Of a stretch of DNA of 64,000 nucleotides, positions 1-13,300 are shown piece by piece (within the stretch, counting starts at the first letter, position 1; every line of letters starts with the position of its first letter). The stretch lies in contig CM075985.1 of NCBI GenBank assembly GCA_038087875.1, positions 12,462,001-12,526,000 of the forward strand. The letters are read 5' to 3'. The notes below the pieces were generated by a model. That model did not search any database and was not told where the DNA came from. It was given only the letters and a program-made list of their open reading frames with translations. Made by a program: the position numbers and the translations under genes. Source of the stretch: Malacoraja senta. Taxonomy: Eukaryota.

Positions 1-541
1 TACAAAATCCAGTTTGAGAAAAAAAAATCACCTGAAGTTGCAGTGGCAGTTAGCAGCTATGACATCACAATGGGATCTCATTTACATAAACTGCCCGAGA
101 GCAGTGCTTCACCCCACAATGAGATCTCATTTACATTTTTTTTTTAAAAGCAAAATTTAACTTTTCACTGTAAAAAATCCAATTCCAACTTGCCGCCCAA
201 AACATTGTAACAGGCAGGGCAGGGAATTGGATTTTTTTTAAAGTTTAAAAAGAGGGAAGGTGAAGAGGAGGGGGAGGGAGTGCTGGTGGATGAGGGGAAA
301 TGAGCCCGCCTGTGCAGTTGGGGCTATGGATGAGTGGTGGAATATTGCATTAGGGAAGTGGGTTGCGTTGGGGGAACGGGTGAGTGATGGAATATGGAGT
401 TGGGGAATGGGTTGCGTTGGGGGACCAGGCCTCCAGTGGGGGCTATGGGTGAGTGGTGGAATATTGCATTGGGGAAACGTGTTGCATTGGGGGACCAGGC
501 CTCCCGTGTAACAGGGACCCAACGGGTCCCACTTGGTCCAG
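1..541 (+). mobile_element. Probable non-autonomous Helitron 3' portion
   Basis: Perfect hairpin GGGACCC-AAC-GGGTCCC (514-530), then CCAG|T (canonical end is CTRR|T); internal G-rich direct repeats at 320-505. Confidence 0.5.
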
Positions 542-1210
542 TTAATTAAACTATAAAAACATGCCCTCTTAGCAGGCCATCAACAAAATGCTCCCCATCT
601 CAAAACTGCCCAGAAACCAACATCCCTTTCTCCTAATACCCCTAGATTTTACACGTTAAAATATACCACAAAGGGGCCTCTTGCTCACACCAAAGGAATG
701 TATGATCCGGGGAAGCTTCAGCAACAGTCACTGCTGTAACAAAAGCTAAGAGCCCGTCAACAGACAGAGGGGAATATGATCCCGTGGAAGGACTGTTCCA
801 CGTTAAGCCGTGATCACATCTAGGCAAATCATCTCCTCAACATTTCTCAAGACCTTTGCTTGCAAAGTTAAAAAAGATATCCCTCATCTTCACTTGGAAG
901 AGAGCAGGGAATCTTGCAACACAAGGGAGGAAAGGTAGGGCAAGATCCTTTTATTAGCAATCAAAACATGAAACAACAAATGTAGGAGTCAGGGACCAGT
1001 CCCCAATATCAGGATGACAGAGACTGGGTCATCTTTTCTGCAAGCCCATTAACTTTCACCACAAATGCCCCACATCCCTACAGGTTTGCAAAAGGCTGGT
1101 GGGGTTACTTCACCAGAAATGGAACTACAAATGACTGGGAAACTAACAGGACTGTTCAAGAAAATAGGCAACATGTAAAACTTCAAACAGATACGGCAAG
1201 CATCACTCAC

Positions 1211-1383
1211 CATCTCATAGGCCGTGTACTCCACAAGATATGTGCCATCAACATTGTCTTTGATGTAACTGTCAGTCATGGCTCCAGAAGGATTAACTAT
1301 ACGAATCTTGATGTGGTTCCCACCAGTCTTGTTGATAGATCGACAGTCCACAGTAAATTCCGTGGTGACCTCCCGGAGTACCC
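1211..1383 (-). CDS. FLNC: FLNC exon 22 (1-nt deletion)
   Basis: 173 nt versus 174 expected; [14 protein letters not shown]...LVEYTAYE; donor G|GTGAGT. Confidence 0.88.
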
Positions 1384-4300
1384 CTGAAAATGAGAGTCAA
1401 AATGGATTAAACCTTCTTTACCCCCACCACAGCAGTGATCCTGTTCTTCTGACCATTTCCACGACAGGTCCTCAACACCTACTAACAACCCCAGCAATCC
1501 CCCCACACCCACAAATTCCTTGATTTCATTTCATTGAATAGTTACAGACACTCCCCACAGAGGACAGCTCTCCACCAAAAGACTCTCCCAACCTCAGAGA
1601 TCAGCTCCCCATCTGGACCTTTCCCCCCCCCCCCCCCCCCCCCCCAGCCACTGGCAAATCTTGGAATCAGTAAAATGAAACCAATTCTGCAAACAATTTA
1701 ATTTCCTGTTTATTCTATCACTGTCTCAAAGATAGCATTCTCCCAAATCTAGCTTCTACTGCAGGATCCACACACAGCAACAGTAGGTGCGGGTGTAGAT
1801 TGACTTACCACGAGGCTCCACTCCTGGTCCAAACACCTTCACTCCTGCTGTGTCAATTGCTGGATCGACCCTGACACGAGCTGGGAACTTGGGTACGGCA
1901 TGCCCACCGTACTTGATGGTAATGGTGTACATCCCATGGAACGGTGGGATATAGGTGATGGTATAGGTGCCGTCGCTGTTATTCTGAATGTGAACCTCCG
2001 CCTTCACACCAGTCTCGGAGATGATCTCAATCGTCAGCTCAGCCTCCCCAGCCTTGGAACAATCCACAGTGAACGTTCCTGCCTCATCAACCTTGCCGTG
2101 CTCGAGTCCAGGTCCGCTGGCAGTGACCTTGCTTGGGTCAAAGACAGGCTTGATGTCCGCCTTGAAGGGGGAGCCAGGAATATGGGCTTCAGCAAACAGG
2201 ATGTTGACTGTGTATTCACCTGGCTCAGTTGGTAGGTACGAGACGGAGCAGGAGCCATCACCATTATCTTGGCACTCAATTTTAGCTTCACAAGGACCTT
2301 CCACAGTCAATCCAAGACCACCGTGCCAGCACCCTTGGTATCAATGGCAAAGGGAGCTGCTTTTCCAACCACACCACCTTTGAGACCTGGCCCATAGGCC
2401 CGCACCTAAAATACAATCAAAATGCCTCATTTAACTCCCTCAGACCCATGCAGTCATGTGTGGTCCATACAGAATGTCAAACTGCAATTGCTCTGACAGA
2501 ACTGTCATCTCTGGAAAGTTTTATTCAAATATTACACATGCTCAGGACACTCCACGATGTCTTTACTGCTAATCGAGTATTTTTGGCCATGTGGTTAGGA
2601 TCATTTGGACTTGTGTGTGGTTCTCATCACTGCCGCATTACAGGAATAATGTGGAGGCTTTGGAGAGGGTGCAGAAGAGCATCACCCTGATGTGGCCTGG
2701 ATCGCAGAATATTAGTTTTATTAAGGACCAATTGAGCAATCATGCATTGCTTTAGCTGGAACAGAGGATGAGGACGAATGTTTAAAAAGATCATTTGCAA
2801 GTCGGGTTTTTATAAAATATCTAGTGGTACAGAGATGGTTGAGGCTTGGAGCACACGGCCAGGGGTGGTGCTGGAACCACGTACAAGAACATTTAAGAGG
2901 CAGGGATATGAATGGGCAGCGGATGGAGGGATATAGACCATGTCCAGGCCAACAGGATCAGTTTAAATGGCATCATGGTGAGCAGAGATGTGGTGGGCTG
3001 AAGGACCTGTTCCTAGGCTACACCGTTCTAAATGCTACGACACAAGAAAGGTCATGTACTGTAAATCAAGCTCTCACAGAGTGGAAAGTAATAATGATCT
3101 CTTTGTTTCTGTGATATTGACAGAGAACGAATATTGGTCAGGACCTGCCTCTTTGGGACGGGAACACAGGAGAATTGCCGGGGGGGGGGGGGGGGGGGGG
3201 GGGGGGTGGGTTGCAGGACAGATAGAGCATTATTAATTCCATATCAGAATGAACAGGAAATTAGAGTCAATATGGTTGATAATTTCAGGGTTGGTGGGTT
3301 GGGAGCAGAAAACATTTTTAGTTCCACAAGCACACAGGATATCCAACCCCGAGCCTCCAGTGTTAGACAGAGCTCCTGCAATGCAGTGAGCCACTGCTGC
3401 ATTGGTGTCCTCACCTTGGTGGGGTCAGGAGGCATGACTCCCTCCACAGTGAAGGGGCTTCCAGGAACTGGATGTCCATCGTAGCCAACGTCCACCTTGT
3501 ATGGTCCCTCCTCAGGCGGCATGTACTTGACCGAGTAAACATCGCTGGTAGGTCCCGTCTCCACCTTGCACGGGATGGGACGGCGGGATGGAGATGTGAT
3601 CTTCACGTCAACCTTCCCCTGACCCCCTGCACCTCGAGTATTGACACTGAATTCCTGATCCTTCCCCACATCAACTTCTGCAACACAAACACACAAGATG
3701 AGGGTGCCTTTAGCAGAGTAGCATATCCTGCGGCACTTTAAAAGATGAATTATTTTACAAAAGACTAAGCTGAACCACGGAATGCAACATCAAAGGGCAG
3801 AAATCGGAAGCCTCTGTTCAGATATTGAACTCCCAGCCCTCACTTGTGATCAGAGCTGTGGTAATGCTGCCAGTCAAAGAGGCACATTTGGAAGCAAAAA
3901 GCAGAACACAGCAGAGATTTTAAGATACATTTCTAGAACTCTGGATCTCTGCAGCTGAAGAAATCACCAGCAACAGCGGAGCAATTAAAAAATGGAGAAT
4001 TAGTTAGATGCCAGATTTGCAGCACGCCATCAGATGACAGGCTGGAAGGGCCATGGTGATGCAAGGATCAAGGCACAATGGGTGAAAAGGCAAAACACAA
4101 GGAATTACACACTAATACTTAGCAGTGGGTGGAGAGGAGAATGAGCAGCAGGACAGACCAACTGCAGTTTCTGATATATACAAAGCAGAGACTGCTTACT
4201 GTGGAAGAGGGTCATGCCGAGATAACTTGGATACATTCCTACTAGCCTCAACTGATACAAGCCAATAGTTTCTAAGCATGATGACAAAAGATATTCACCA

Positions 4301-7300
4301 AGTGTTCATGCTTACTGTTATTTAGTCCCTGAACCTTGACCTTGTTCAGGTCAAGAGGCGGAGCCACATTAACGGTGAATGGACTCTTTGGAACCTGGTC
4401 GCCTCCATAGGTCACCGTCACCATCATGTTGCCCTGCAACAAGACCACAGCCCAATGATTGTTAAAAGAGACTTCAGTAAACTTTTGGTCAGTGCATGCA
4501 ATGCCCAACTCCAAGCTCGTTTCACTAACCAAACCCAGACATTTGCCACAGAAGATAACCAACTCCACCCATCAGTGCACAACTCCCTTCTCCCAACCCA
4601 AGTCACAGGATACAACTTGCCACTGGACTCAAACACTATCCCCCTGGGTGCAAACCCCAACCCCATCTCAACTTTCAGCCCATCATCATTCCCCCACCTG
4701 CTGCACAGCAGTGTATTTCACAGTGTAGGAGTAGTCATGGTTATCGATGATCTCAAAGTCACGAACAGCCTCTCCCTTCGCGGCTCCAGTGAACTGCACA
4801 TCCAGTGTGGCTTTGCCAGCCCCTTTGGTGTTGACCGTGAAATGAGTGGGTTTCCCGACCTCGACACCTGTAAACAACATGGTTTATTCAGAGTTCAGTA
4901 CAGAGCCATAAACTCTGACATCTGCAACCACCCCATCTCTCACACTTATCACACTGCTTTTATCAATATACCCACACAAACCTGTATCCATGACACCAGC
5001 CCCACTCCCAACTATGCCACACCTCAAAGTGAGGGTCAGTACGTTAACACAGGCCTTAAGCACTGGGCTCAGTCTGTACATGACAGTCAGGTTTAGAATT
5101 AGACATCGAGGCCTCTCGCCAATTGAACCTGCACTGTCACTGACCAAACGGTTTGGGATGATATGGTTTTGAGAATTAAATTTCTTACAATTGACAGCCC
5201 TCAGTAAATAACATCTACGGAAGAGACAATAGCATTGATAGCCCTCAGTAAATAACATCTGTGTGGGAGATGTTATTTACTGGTAAGTCCAGGATTGTCC
5301 TGGAGGATTGGTGACCCACTAAATGATCACATCTCTCACAGTCGATCAGATTTGCCTCACCTGTCCGGCTCAGTCCAGGACCTTCAGCCTTGACCTTTCC
5401 AGCGTCGTGGGATGGCTCAACTTTAATGCAGAATGGGCTGATGGGAATTTCCTGTAAATAAATTGGACAGACTATGATTGGGATAGATACAAATGCCATG
5501 GATGGTAGTTTTTTTTTTGGGGGGGGGGGGGGGCGTTGGTTGATGAATAAAAATGCATGCGCCAAAACAGGGACAACGGAGGTTAAAACGGGCAATGCAC
5601 TGCATTGTTCTATTAAATACAGTAAATGCTGCCTTACTGTATCTCAGACAATACTTTGACAATGAATTAACCAGGCTCTGCCACCCTCTATCCATGCCAC
5701 CCATGCCTCTCAAAAGGAACATACCCATGAGGAACAGTGGCCTCCTTATTCCCTTGATGCTGCCCTGCCATTCATTGACCAATCATTCATCATTTATGTC
5801 CAATTAGATTGCAACCTTAAGTCCACAGTCCCTCCTACCCACTAATCTTTCACACTTCCACTTCTCAAAAATATCCAAACACTCCCTTTTAATTACCCAT
5901 CCATGTATTGTTCCAAAGATTCACAACACTTCGAGACACTATGTTGCCCCAGCTCCTCCTCGGAAAAGACCCCTTCTTTCTAAACAGTGACCTCCTATTT
6001 CTAGATTCTCCTAAAGGAATCACATCACACCCCACATGGAGCAAAATGTCCAACTATTATTTAAACTAGGGAATTAACAAGGGTAGACAAAAATGCTGGA
6101 GAAACTCAGCGGGTGAGGCAGCATCTATGGAGCGAAGGAATAGGTGACATTTTGGGTCGAGACCCTTCTTCAGAATTAACGGGTGCCTTTTGTCGGCAAT
6201 GGTCACCGTAATTACACAGCAAGATCCCATGTGCAGTAATGAGCATAATGAACACAACCTTAATAATGTGGGCTCCAGTTACATTGGTTGCAAGTGTCTA
6301 GAGGAGTAGCTGATAGGTCCCCGCACAGCCTCTGAGCAACCATCATGCTCCCCAAACACTACGCAGTGTTGAGCTCAATGGGCTCAAGTTAAATGCATAC
6401 ACCCATACACGAGGCAACATTCTTACTCCATCATGCCAAACTGCTCGAAGGATTTACTCTTTTTATAGGAATCTTAAACTTCGAACTAGGGAGTCCAAGG
6501 GAGATGACAGGAAGCAGTCTTCATCCTGGTTTGTGGAAGTCTGCAACAGTTCCACAAAAAGCAAGAAGTTGGAGATTTCAGAGTTGTGCTGATGAATTTT
6601 GGTGGAAATGGACCATAGGTAGGTAAACCATCGGGGCAAGACTTGATCAAATTCAAGAGGTTGTCCAGCTACTGCACAACCCTTCGAGGTTTACCAACAA
6701 CCTAGTAAAGAGTGCTTATTTTAACCCCATAATCACGTCATTAATTGCACAATCATCCACCTTCATTTTCTACCTGACACACAATCCTCAATCACGAGTC
6801 TTTACCCGTCTACAGAACAAATACCAGACTGATCCCTCACTTCACTCCACCCACAGATTCTTCCTGTTTACCCCCAATACCAGGTAGAGCAGAGATCGAG
6901 AATCACAGGTTTTAATGAACTGAGAAGGACAAACAGCTTGCATCTCCTTTGGGAGATGCAATCACCAACCCATAGTCCTCAGAGGGCAAGCAAGGAACTC
7001 CTAGCAATGGTGCAACAGAGTCAAAGTATCATTATGTACCTGGTCAGCAAACAGCACCATGATGGTGTAGCGCCCAGCAGCTGGGGGAGTGTACTTCACT
7101 GTGAAAGTGTCATTGTCATTCTTGATGATGTCGAAATCGATGTCAGCCTCAGCTGGTCCCACAACCCCTGGTGCACACTTGATGCCAATGCTCACATCAC
7201 CTGTTGGAGAAGAGGTCACAGGTCAACCCAGCATTCACCCAAGCCTATATTATGGTTTGTAATATTGAGGACCATGCTGTTACACATCTACAGTGATAGA

Positions 7301-10300
7301 CCATATTTATCAGCATCTCAGAATTAACAGCTTACAAGAGGTCTGGATCTAAAGAAAGGTCTCGACCCAAAATGTCAGTCTGAAGAAAGTGCTTGACCAA
7401 AACGTCACCTATCCAGTTTCTCCAGAGATGCTTCCTGACTTGCTAGTTGATCCAGCACTTTGTGAGCTTGTGTATTAAACACCATCTGCAGATCTTTGTT
7501 TCTATCCTCCATTACTTGTTCTTCAAATCCCTTTGCATTCCTTTGCCACACAAAGCATCCTATCCAGATGTATCACAGCTTGATTTGGCAACTACTCTGC
7601 TTAAAACCACAAATTGCAGAGAGTTGTAGATGCAGCCCAGTTCATTAAACAAACCGGCCTCAACCCTCACCACTACACCAAAACAGACTCCAACCACAAG
7701 TCACATTGCCTTGGGAAAGCAGTCAACATAGAGGACCATTCACACCCCCAACCACTCTCTCTGCTCTCCCCTCATTGGGCAGAAGAAGCAAAAGGAAGAC
7801 CACATACCACCAGATTCATGAAAAGCTTTTCCCCCCACTATTATCAGATTCTTGATCTAACCCTCATTTGATAGGCATGGATTCCTGATCTCCAATCCAC
7901 CTCACTGCAACATGGTCTATTACTGCAACCCCTGCACCTTTTTTGTATATTGACACTTTCTCTGTAGCTGCAACACAACATTCTAACAACATTCTAACAG
8001 TTTCCTTTCTCATCTGCATTACCTGTTGTACTCATGTGGAGAGCAATTTGTCCATAGTACACACAAAACAAGGTTTTTCACCGTTTCCCAGTAACCACAA
8101 CAATAATGAACCAATACCTAGCCTTCTTCCATGCTGTGACTGGTTCTGATACCTATGACGTAGCAATTTCTCCATATCCATAACATCATCCCTTATTAAC
8201 TGGTTCTCCCCCCCCCCCCCACCCCCCCACCCCCAAAAAAAGGTCAGCATTTCGTTTGTAATTTGGTTGCTACTCTGAAAAACAACGGCAGGACCTGGGT
8301 GGAGGATACCCCAGGGACTCACCTTGACCAGCTTCACTGCAGTCCACTGTGAAGTAAGTGGGTTCATTGGCTTTTAGTCCAGTTTTTTCTACACCTGGTC
8401 CATACACCTTCACCTTCTGTGGATGACACCCTTCACCCACAGATACCTGCGGCACATGCAAAATGCTAAAGTTACCACACAGTTAACTCAGGGCATAATC
8501 CACTGCAATGCACAGGCTGGAAAGTGAGAAGCACGGGACCAGTAGCAGAGTGTTTAATAAATCAGTCTGTTGCAGACCCAGTTAAACTCAATATGCAGTA
8601 CCAAGTCCAGCTGCATCTCTCCATCCCCACTATTTACATCCCTTTGTGCTGCTTATTGATTCATCACTCTCCCCTTCGTACCCATCACTATCACACAGGC
8701 CCATCCCATTCCCTCTCCTGATCGTCACTGCACCCACCAATTTATCATCTTACTGGCCCAACCCCACTGATTTAATTGACCATCATCACCCATGTGTACG
8801 TCAAGACCAGTCACCTGGTTTCTAGATCGTGCCTCCATCTCTATGGCCCCCCTTTGGTGCGATGGACCCTTCATACCGCCACCTGCCCCTGCACACCCTC
8901 CCTCTCCCCACTTACTCTGAAGGGACTGTTCGGGACATTGACCGAGCCCCAGCTGATTATGATCGTGTGTTTGATGGGCTTCTGTGGCACATACACGCAG
9001 AGGAACGTGTTGTCCCGGTTATCTTTGATCTTGATGTCGATAGGAACACCCTCTGCATCCTTGAGAGAAACAAACAGAAATCATGGCAAGCTATTGCTGA
9101 GAATCCTAAAACACTCGAGTAAACACTCATGAAACCTATTCAAATAGAAAATTCCCACTACTTCTCCAACATGCTGACACCTGCTTCAGTTTGTAGATAT
9201 TGTTCAGCAAGTCCACTCCCACATCTCTGCCCACCTCCCTGACCCCCACTGGCATTCACCAAGACTTCACGTCATTACCTGTGCATAGATCTTGAGTTCA
9301 CCCTTGCCAGCTGCCCGAGCATCAATAGTAAACTCAGCCGGTTTGTTCACAATGCAGCCAGTTGGTTCCAGACCGGGCCAAAAGCCTTTACCTGAGAGCA
9401 AGATTGGCAAAATATTATTAACAGTTACGTCACCCACCAAAAAGCCATGTTAAAAGGAAAACAGGAACTAATCCACATGGTTAAAGAGACTACAGATGCT
9501 GGAATCTGGAGCAAAATAAAACACTCATCAGGAAGCATCCGGAAGGAAGTGGATAGTTGACAGGACGCATGGTCTCGATCCTAAATGCTAACTGTGCTTT
9601 GGTCTCCATGGATGCTGCTTAACCCCAAGTTCCTCCAGCAGTTTGTATTTTGCAACCATGGGGTTTGTCAGCTAGATGTGGTATTCTCATACAATAAGTA
9701 TTCAAACCAAGGGAAACACCTCTAACTTTCACCTTTAAGTCCTGAGCACATTATCCATCTTGACAATTCAGTGCCCAGCTGAGGACCTACAAGTGCAAGT
9801 GCAGGGAATTGTAGCACTAAGTATACATAGCCACAACCTGCAGTTAACGCTATACAACAAGGCCCTGTTGGTCATCTTAGGTGGAAGCATTATAATCTAC
9901 TGCTGGCAGATGACACAGGATCCCCAGTTTTAAGGTTATGCTCTTACACGACACACCCAGATTGGCAGATATTTCTCTTCACTTTTTGTGCAAAATGTTA
10001 CCAAATCCAATCTTCTCATTCTAGTTTATGCAAATTCCCCTCTTGAATTTAACAGTGGTCATGTCTGTGGGATGTGTGCTCTTGTCCACAGTCAACAGGT
10101 TGAGATTTATTATCCCAAAATATTTCACTCACTCATTTTTTGAATTGTTTGTAAACTTCAAAATGTGCTCCCTGCACCAAATTCCAAAGTCTCAAGAGAG
10201 TAATCACACCACCGACCCAGTCGATCCCCAGGCCCCTGCCCATGCCACACATTTGCTCTACACTCACCTTCTCTGGGAAGCTTTCATTGTTTGCCGGCAG

Positions 10301-13300
10301 GATGTGAGCCATGAAAGGACTATCTTTAATATCTTCATCATCACAAATTACATGCACTGCATAATCACCGGGCTCAGTGGGCCAGTATCTCACATCACAC
10401 GACCCGTCTCCTTTATCATCACACTCGATCTTGGCCTGTGAGGGACCTTCAATGGAGAAACCTGGACAAAGAAAGATACAACCAATCGTTCACAGAGATA
10501 AGAGGCCACAAGCCGTTAGACATTCACACAAACAAGACACGCACGCCAAGACAGGCAAGGCACAGAAAGCTCATCCTGATGTATTTCTAAGTCTCATTAT
10601 TGCATTCAATTGAATGCGGATTGAACAGGGAGGAAATGCAGCAAATACATTGGTTTCAAACCAGTGTTGACCTTAAAAGGGAAGCCTCTCCAGTATCTCA
10701 GGAAGCGACAACACTTACCTAAAGTCCCAACTTCAGTCCCAATGGCCTCCACTACAAAATCTGCTGACTTGCCCACAACGCCAGTCTCCAGTCCGGGTCC
10801 CCAGGCTCGCACCTTCTGGGCACCAGCTTCAGGTCCAACCTGCACCTCGAAGGGGCTGGAGGGCAACACATAGATCAGTGAACGCACTTCCAGCACAACA
10901 TCTCCTGGTACTGCATATTCACTTAGCATTGGTACAAAAGATTCCTGAAATTATACTGAAAACACAAACATGGAATCTCCCCTAGTGTTATGCCAAACAT
11001 TTATTTGTGTTGTCAAATTCTTTGAAACTGAAAGATTGACTCAAGGTCCCAGAGGAAGACAGACAAACAGAGATGGAGCCAGGGATGGGGAGAGGCCTTT
11101 CTGTGGATGTTAAGCAAAAATGTAACACTATTCATTTGATGTCCGAATTGAATGAACCACATGTTTGGTTAAGTATGACTCACCTTCTTGGAATAGCATA
11201 ACCGCCCCAGGTGATGGTCACCACATATTTGCCTCCAATCATCGGATGATATTCACATTCATAGATACCCTCGCCAATGTCACGAACCTTCACGGGTTCC
11301 TCTGTGCCTTCTGGAAAGAAGGATACGAGACCAGTGAGAGACTTTGGCCAATTGCTGCATTGCCCACAGGTGTCCCAATTCTTCTGCCTCAGCCCTGGTG
11401 CATTGCAAATCATTCACCAAGACAGTGACTCGGCATACAATCCAAGGACAAAAGCAAAATGCACAGGCGAGGTGTGGAGCAAAATAAAGAGAATGTCCAC
11501 AGCAGACTGGAACCAACCCGAAGTTAAAACAGGGAACACTTATTCCATCACTTACCACACACCCTCATCCCCCAACCACATTCTTCCATAACACATGCCA
11601 GGATATGCACGTCTCCACCACCAAACAATACAATGGCCCTGAAGTTCCAATGTCCAAAAAGCCTGCTAAGATGCACAGTCCCTACAAGCCAACTTACTGG
11701 GTCCTTTGACGACAACCTTCAGTTCCCCCGTGCCAGCTCCTTTGGTGAAGACTTTGAAGTCGGTCACTTCCTTGACTCGCACCCCTTTGGGCTGCAGGCC
11801 TCTCCCCGAGGCTCGACACGCATTGGGATTGCATGCTGCAAGAAACACGCGAGGCAGGTTAATGTCAACCCATCAAATGCACAGAATGCCCACCCAGAGC
11901 CTACAGTCCCATCACAGTAACCACATCTACCAGCATTCCAGATACAGGAGGAATCAAACCACCTGCTGGCTCAGCAAGCGAATAAACCAGCCGTGTGCAC
12001 TCCAAGACTGTCCCTCAGACTACACACACTAATCTCAGAGGGATATCAAGGCACCCACTCAGTACCCAGAACACTGGTAATACAGCAAGGATTGCCATTC
12101 ATGATCAATGGACCAGGAGAGAGAGAGGGCCCGACCTCTCCACGCACAGATGACAAAGCACCTACCTGTCCGCAAAAGAACCAGAACCGAGCAAGATTTT
12201 AATCACGTCTCGATCATACAAAAAGAGCAACCAGAAACAGTGGGAGGAAAAGTAATTTTGGAAAAGTATTCCCAAAGTTAACCAGTAATCTACAACCCAT
12301 TCCATTCAAGGCCTGGCAGGAGCAGAGCCATTCCAGCAGAACACGGCAGCCAACGTGCCCACCTAGAACCACAGCACAGCAGCTGATGACCAAGTTAGTA
12401 ACGACCAGGAACAGGCAGCACTAACCACCCTCTACCCTCAGAGGACTTGCACTGACTCGGAGCCAGTGACATCCAGGGCCTGAACTGGCCTCGGAGCCAG
12501 TACCCTCATGCACAGAGCAGGCAAAACCACCATCCCCCAAGCAGCCCCTTGGACAGACACGGTGTTTACAGATATCATGACCACTCATACAGACAAGCCC
12601 AACCAGCGTCCCCTTGTACAGACACAAGCAGAGGCAGCCCCTCAGTTCAGGCCAATACTAACGTGCTCGTTTGGGTTTGGGAGGAGGGGGCGGCGCTTTC
12701 TTCGCCCTGTCTGCCGGCGGGGTGTGGATGGACTGAGGAACGATCATAATTGGAGCTGGTGTAGCAGCCTGGGCCAGAGGGGGGGATCCTGAGGTCAGTC
12801 CGAGCACAGAGGAAGAGCATCATGAGGAAGAGAAGGAGGTAAAAAGGTGTGAATGGCAAAATCCAGACTCTTTCCTGCAGCACAGTGGGATGTGGCAACA
12901 TGGAGCTCCCTCCAAGCTGACAAATCCGCAAAACAGTCCCATTCTCAGTGGCCCAAACGCCACCCAATCTCAGTTTTACTACAACACTTTCACAGCCCTG
13001 GCTCTCAAATCACCACCATGGCCTCAACCTCCAAATGTCCACCAACACAGTGGACCCAGCTCCAGGCAGCCATGGTCCAAGCATTCTTGCAGCTTCACTA
13101 TTGTCCCATGCGAAACAGCCCAAACCTAACTTTCCTTCTTAAACAGCCATTCGCGTGCTAATTCAACAACTACGCACTAGCCATTTCTAACTTTCAGGAC
13201 CATCACGTTTTGTTAATCTTGTGTCCCCCCCACAACCAGGGGAGCAACTGCAAAGGTTTGATTTAAAAATGAGAGCCTGAGAAAGTAGGATCAACCACTC

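Noticed and set aside
4455-5096. 213-aa plus-strand ORF and similar antisense ORFs over FLNC exons
   Set aside because: Antisense shadows with no recognisable protein features.
5190-5260. 27-bp direct repeat with 44-bp period (similar small duplications at ~25545-25605 and ~26677-26702)
   Set aside because: Ordinary local tandem duplications.
12426-12479. Possible 54-nt in-frame micro-exon (CAG...G|GTTAGT)
   Set aside because: No polypyrimidine tract and an unremarkable peptide; insufficient support.
12647-12967. Listed 106-aa minus-strand ORF overlapping the cassette exon
   Set aside because: Wrong frame; only the phase-1 filamin frame fits the flanking exons.
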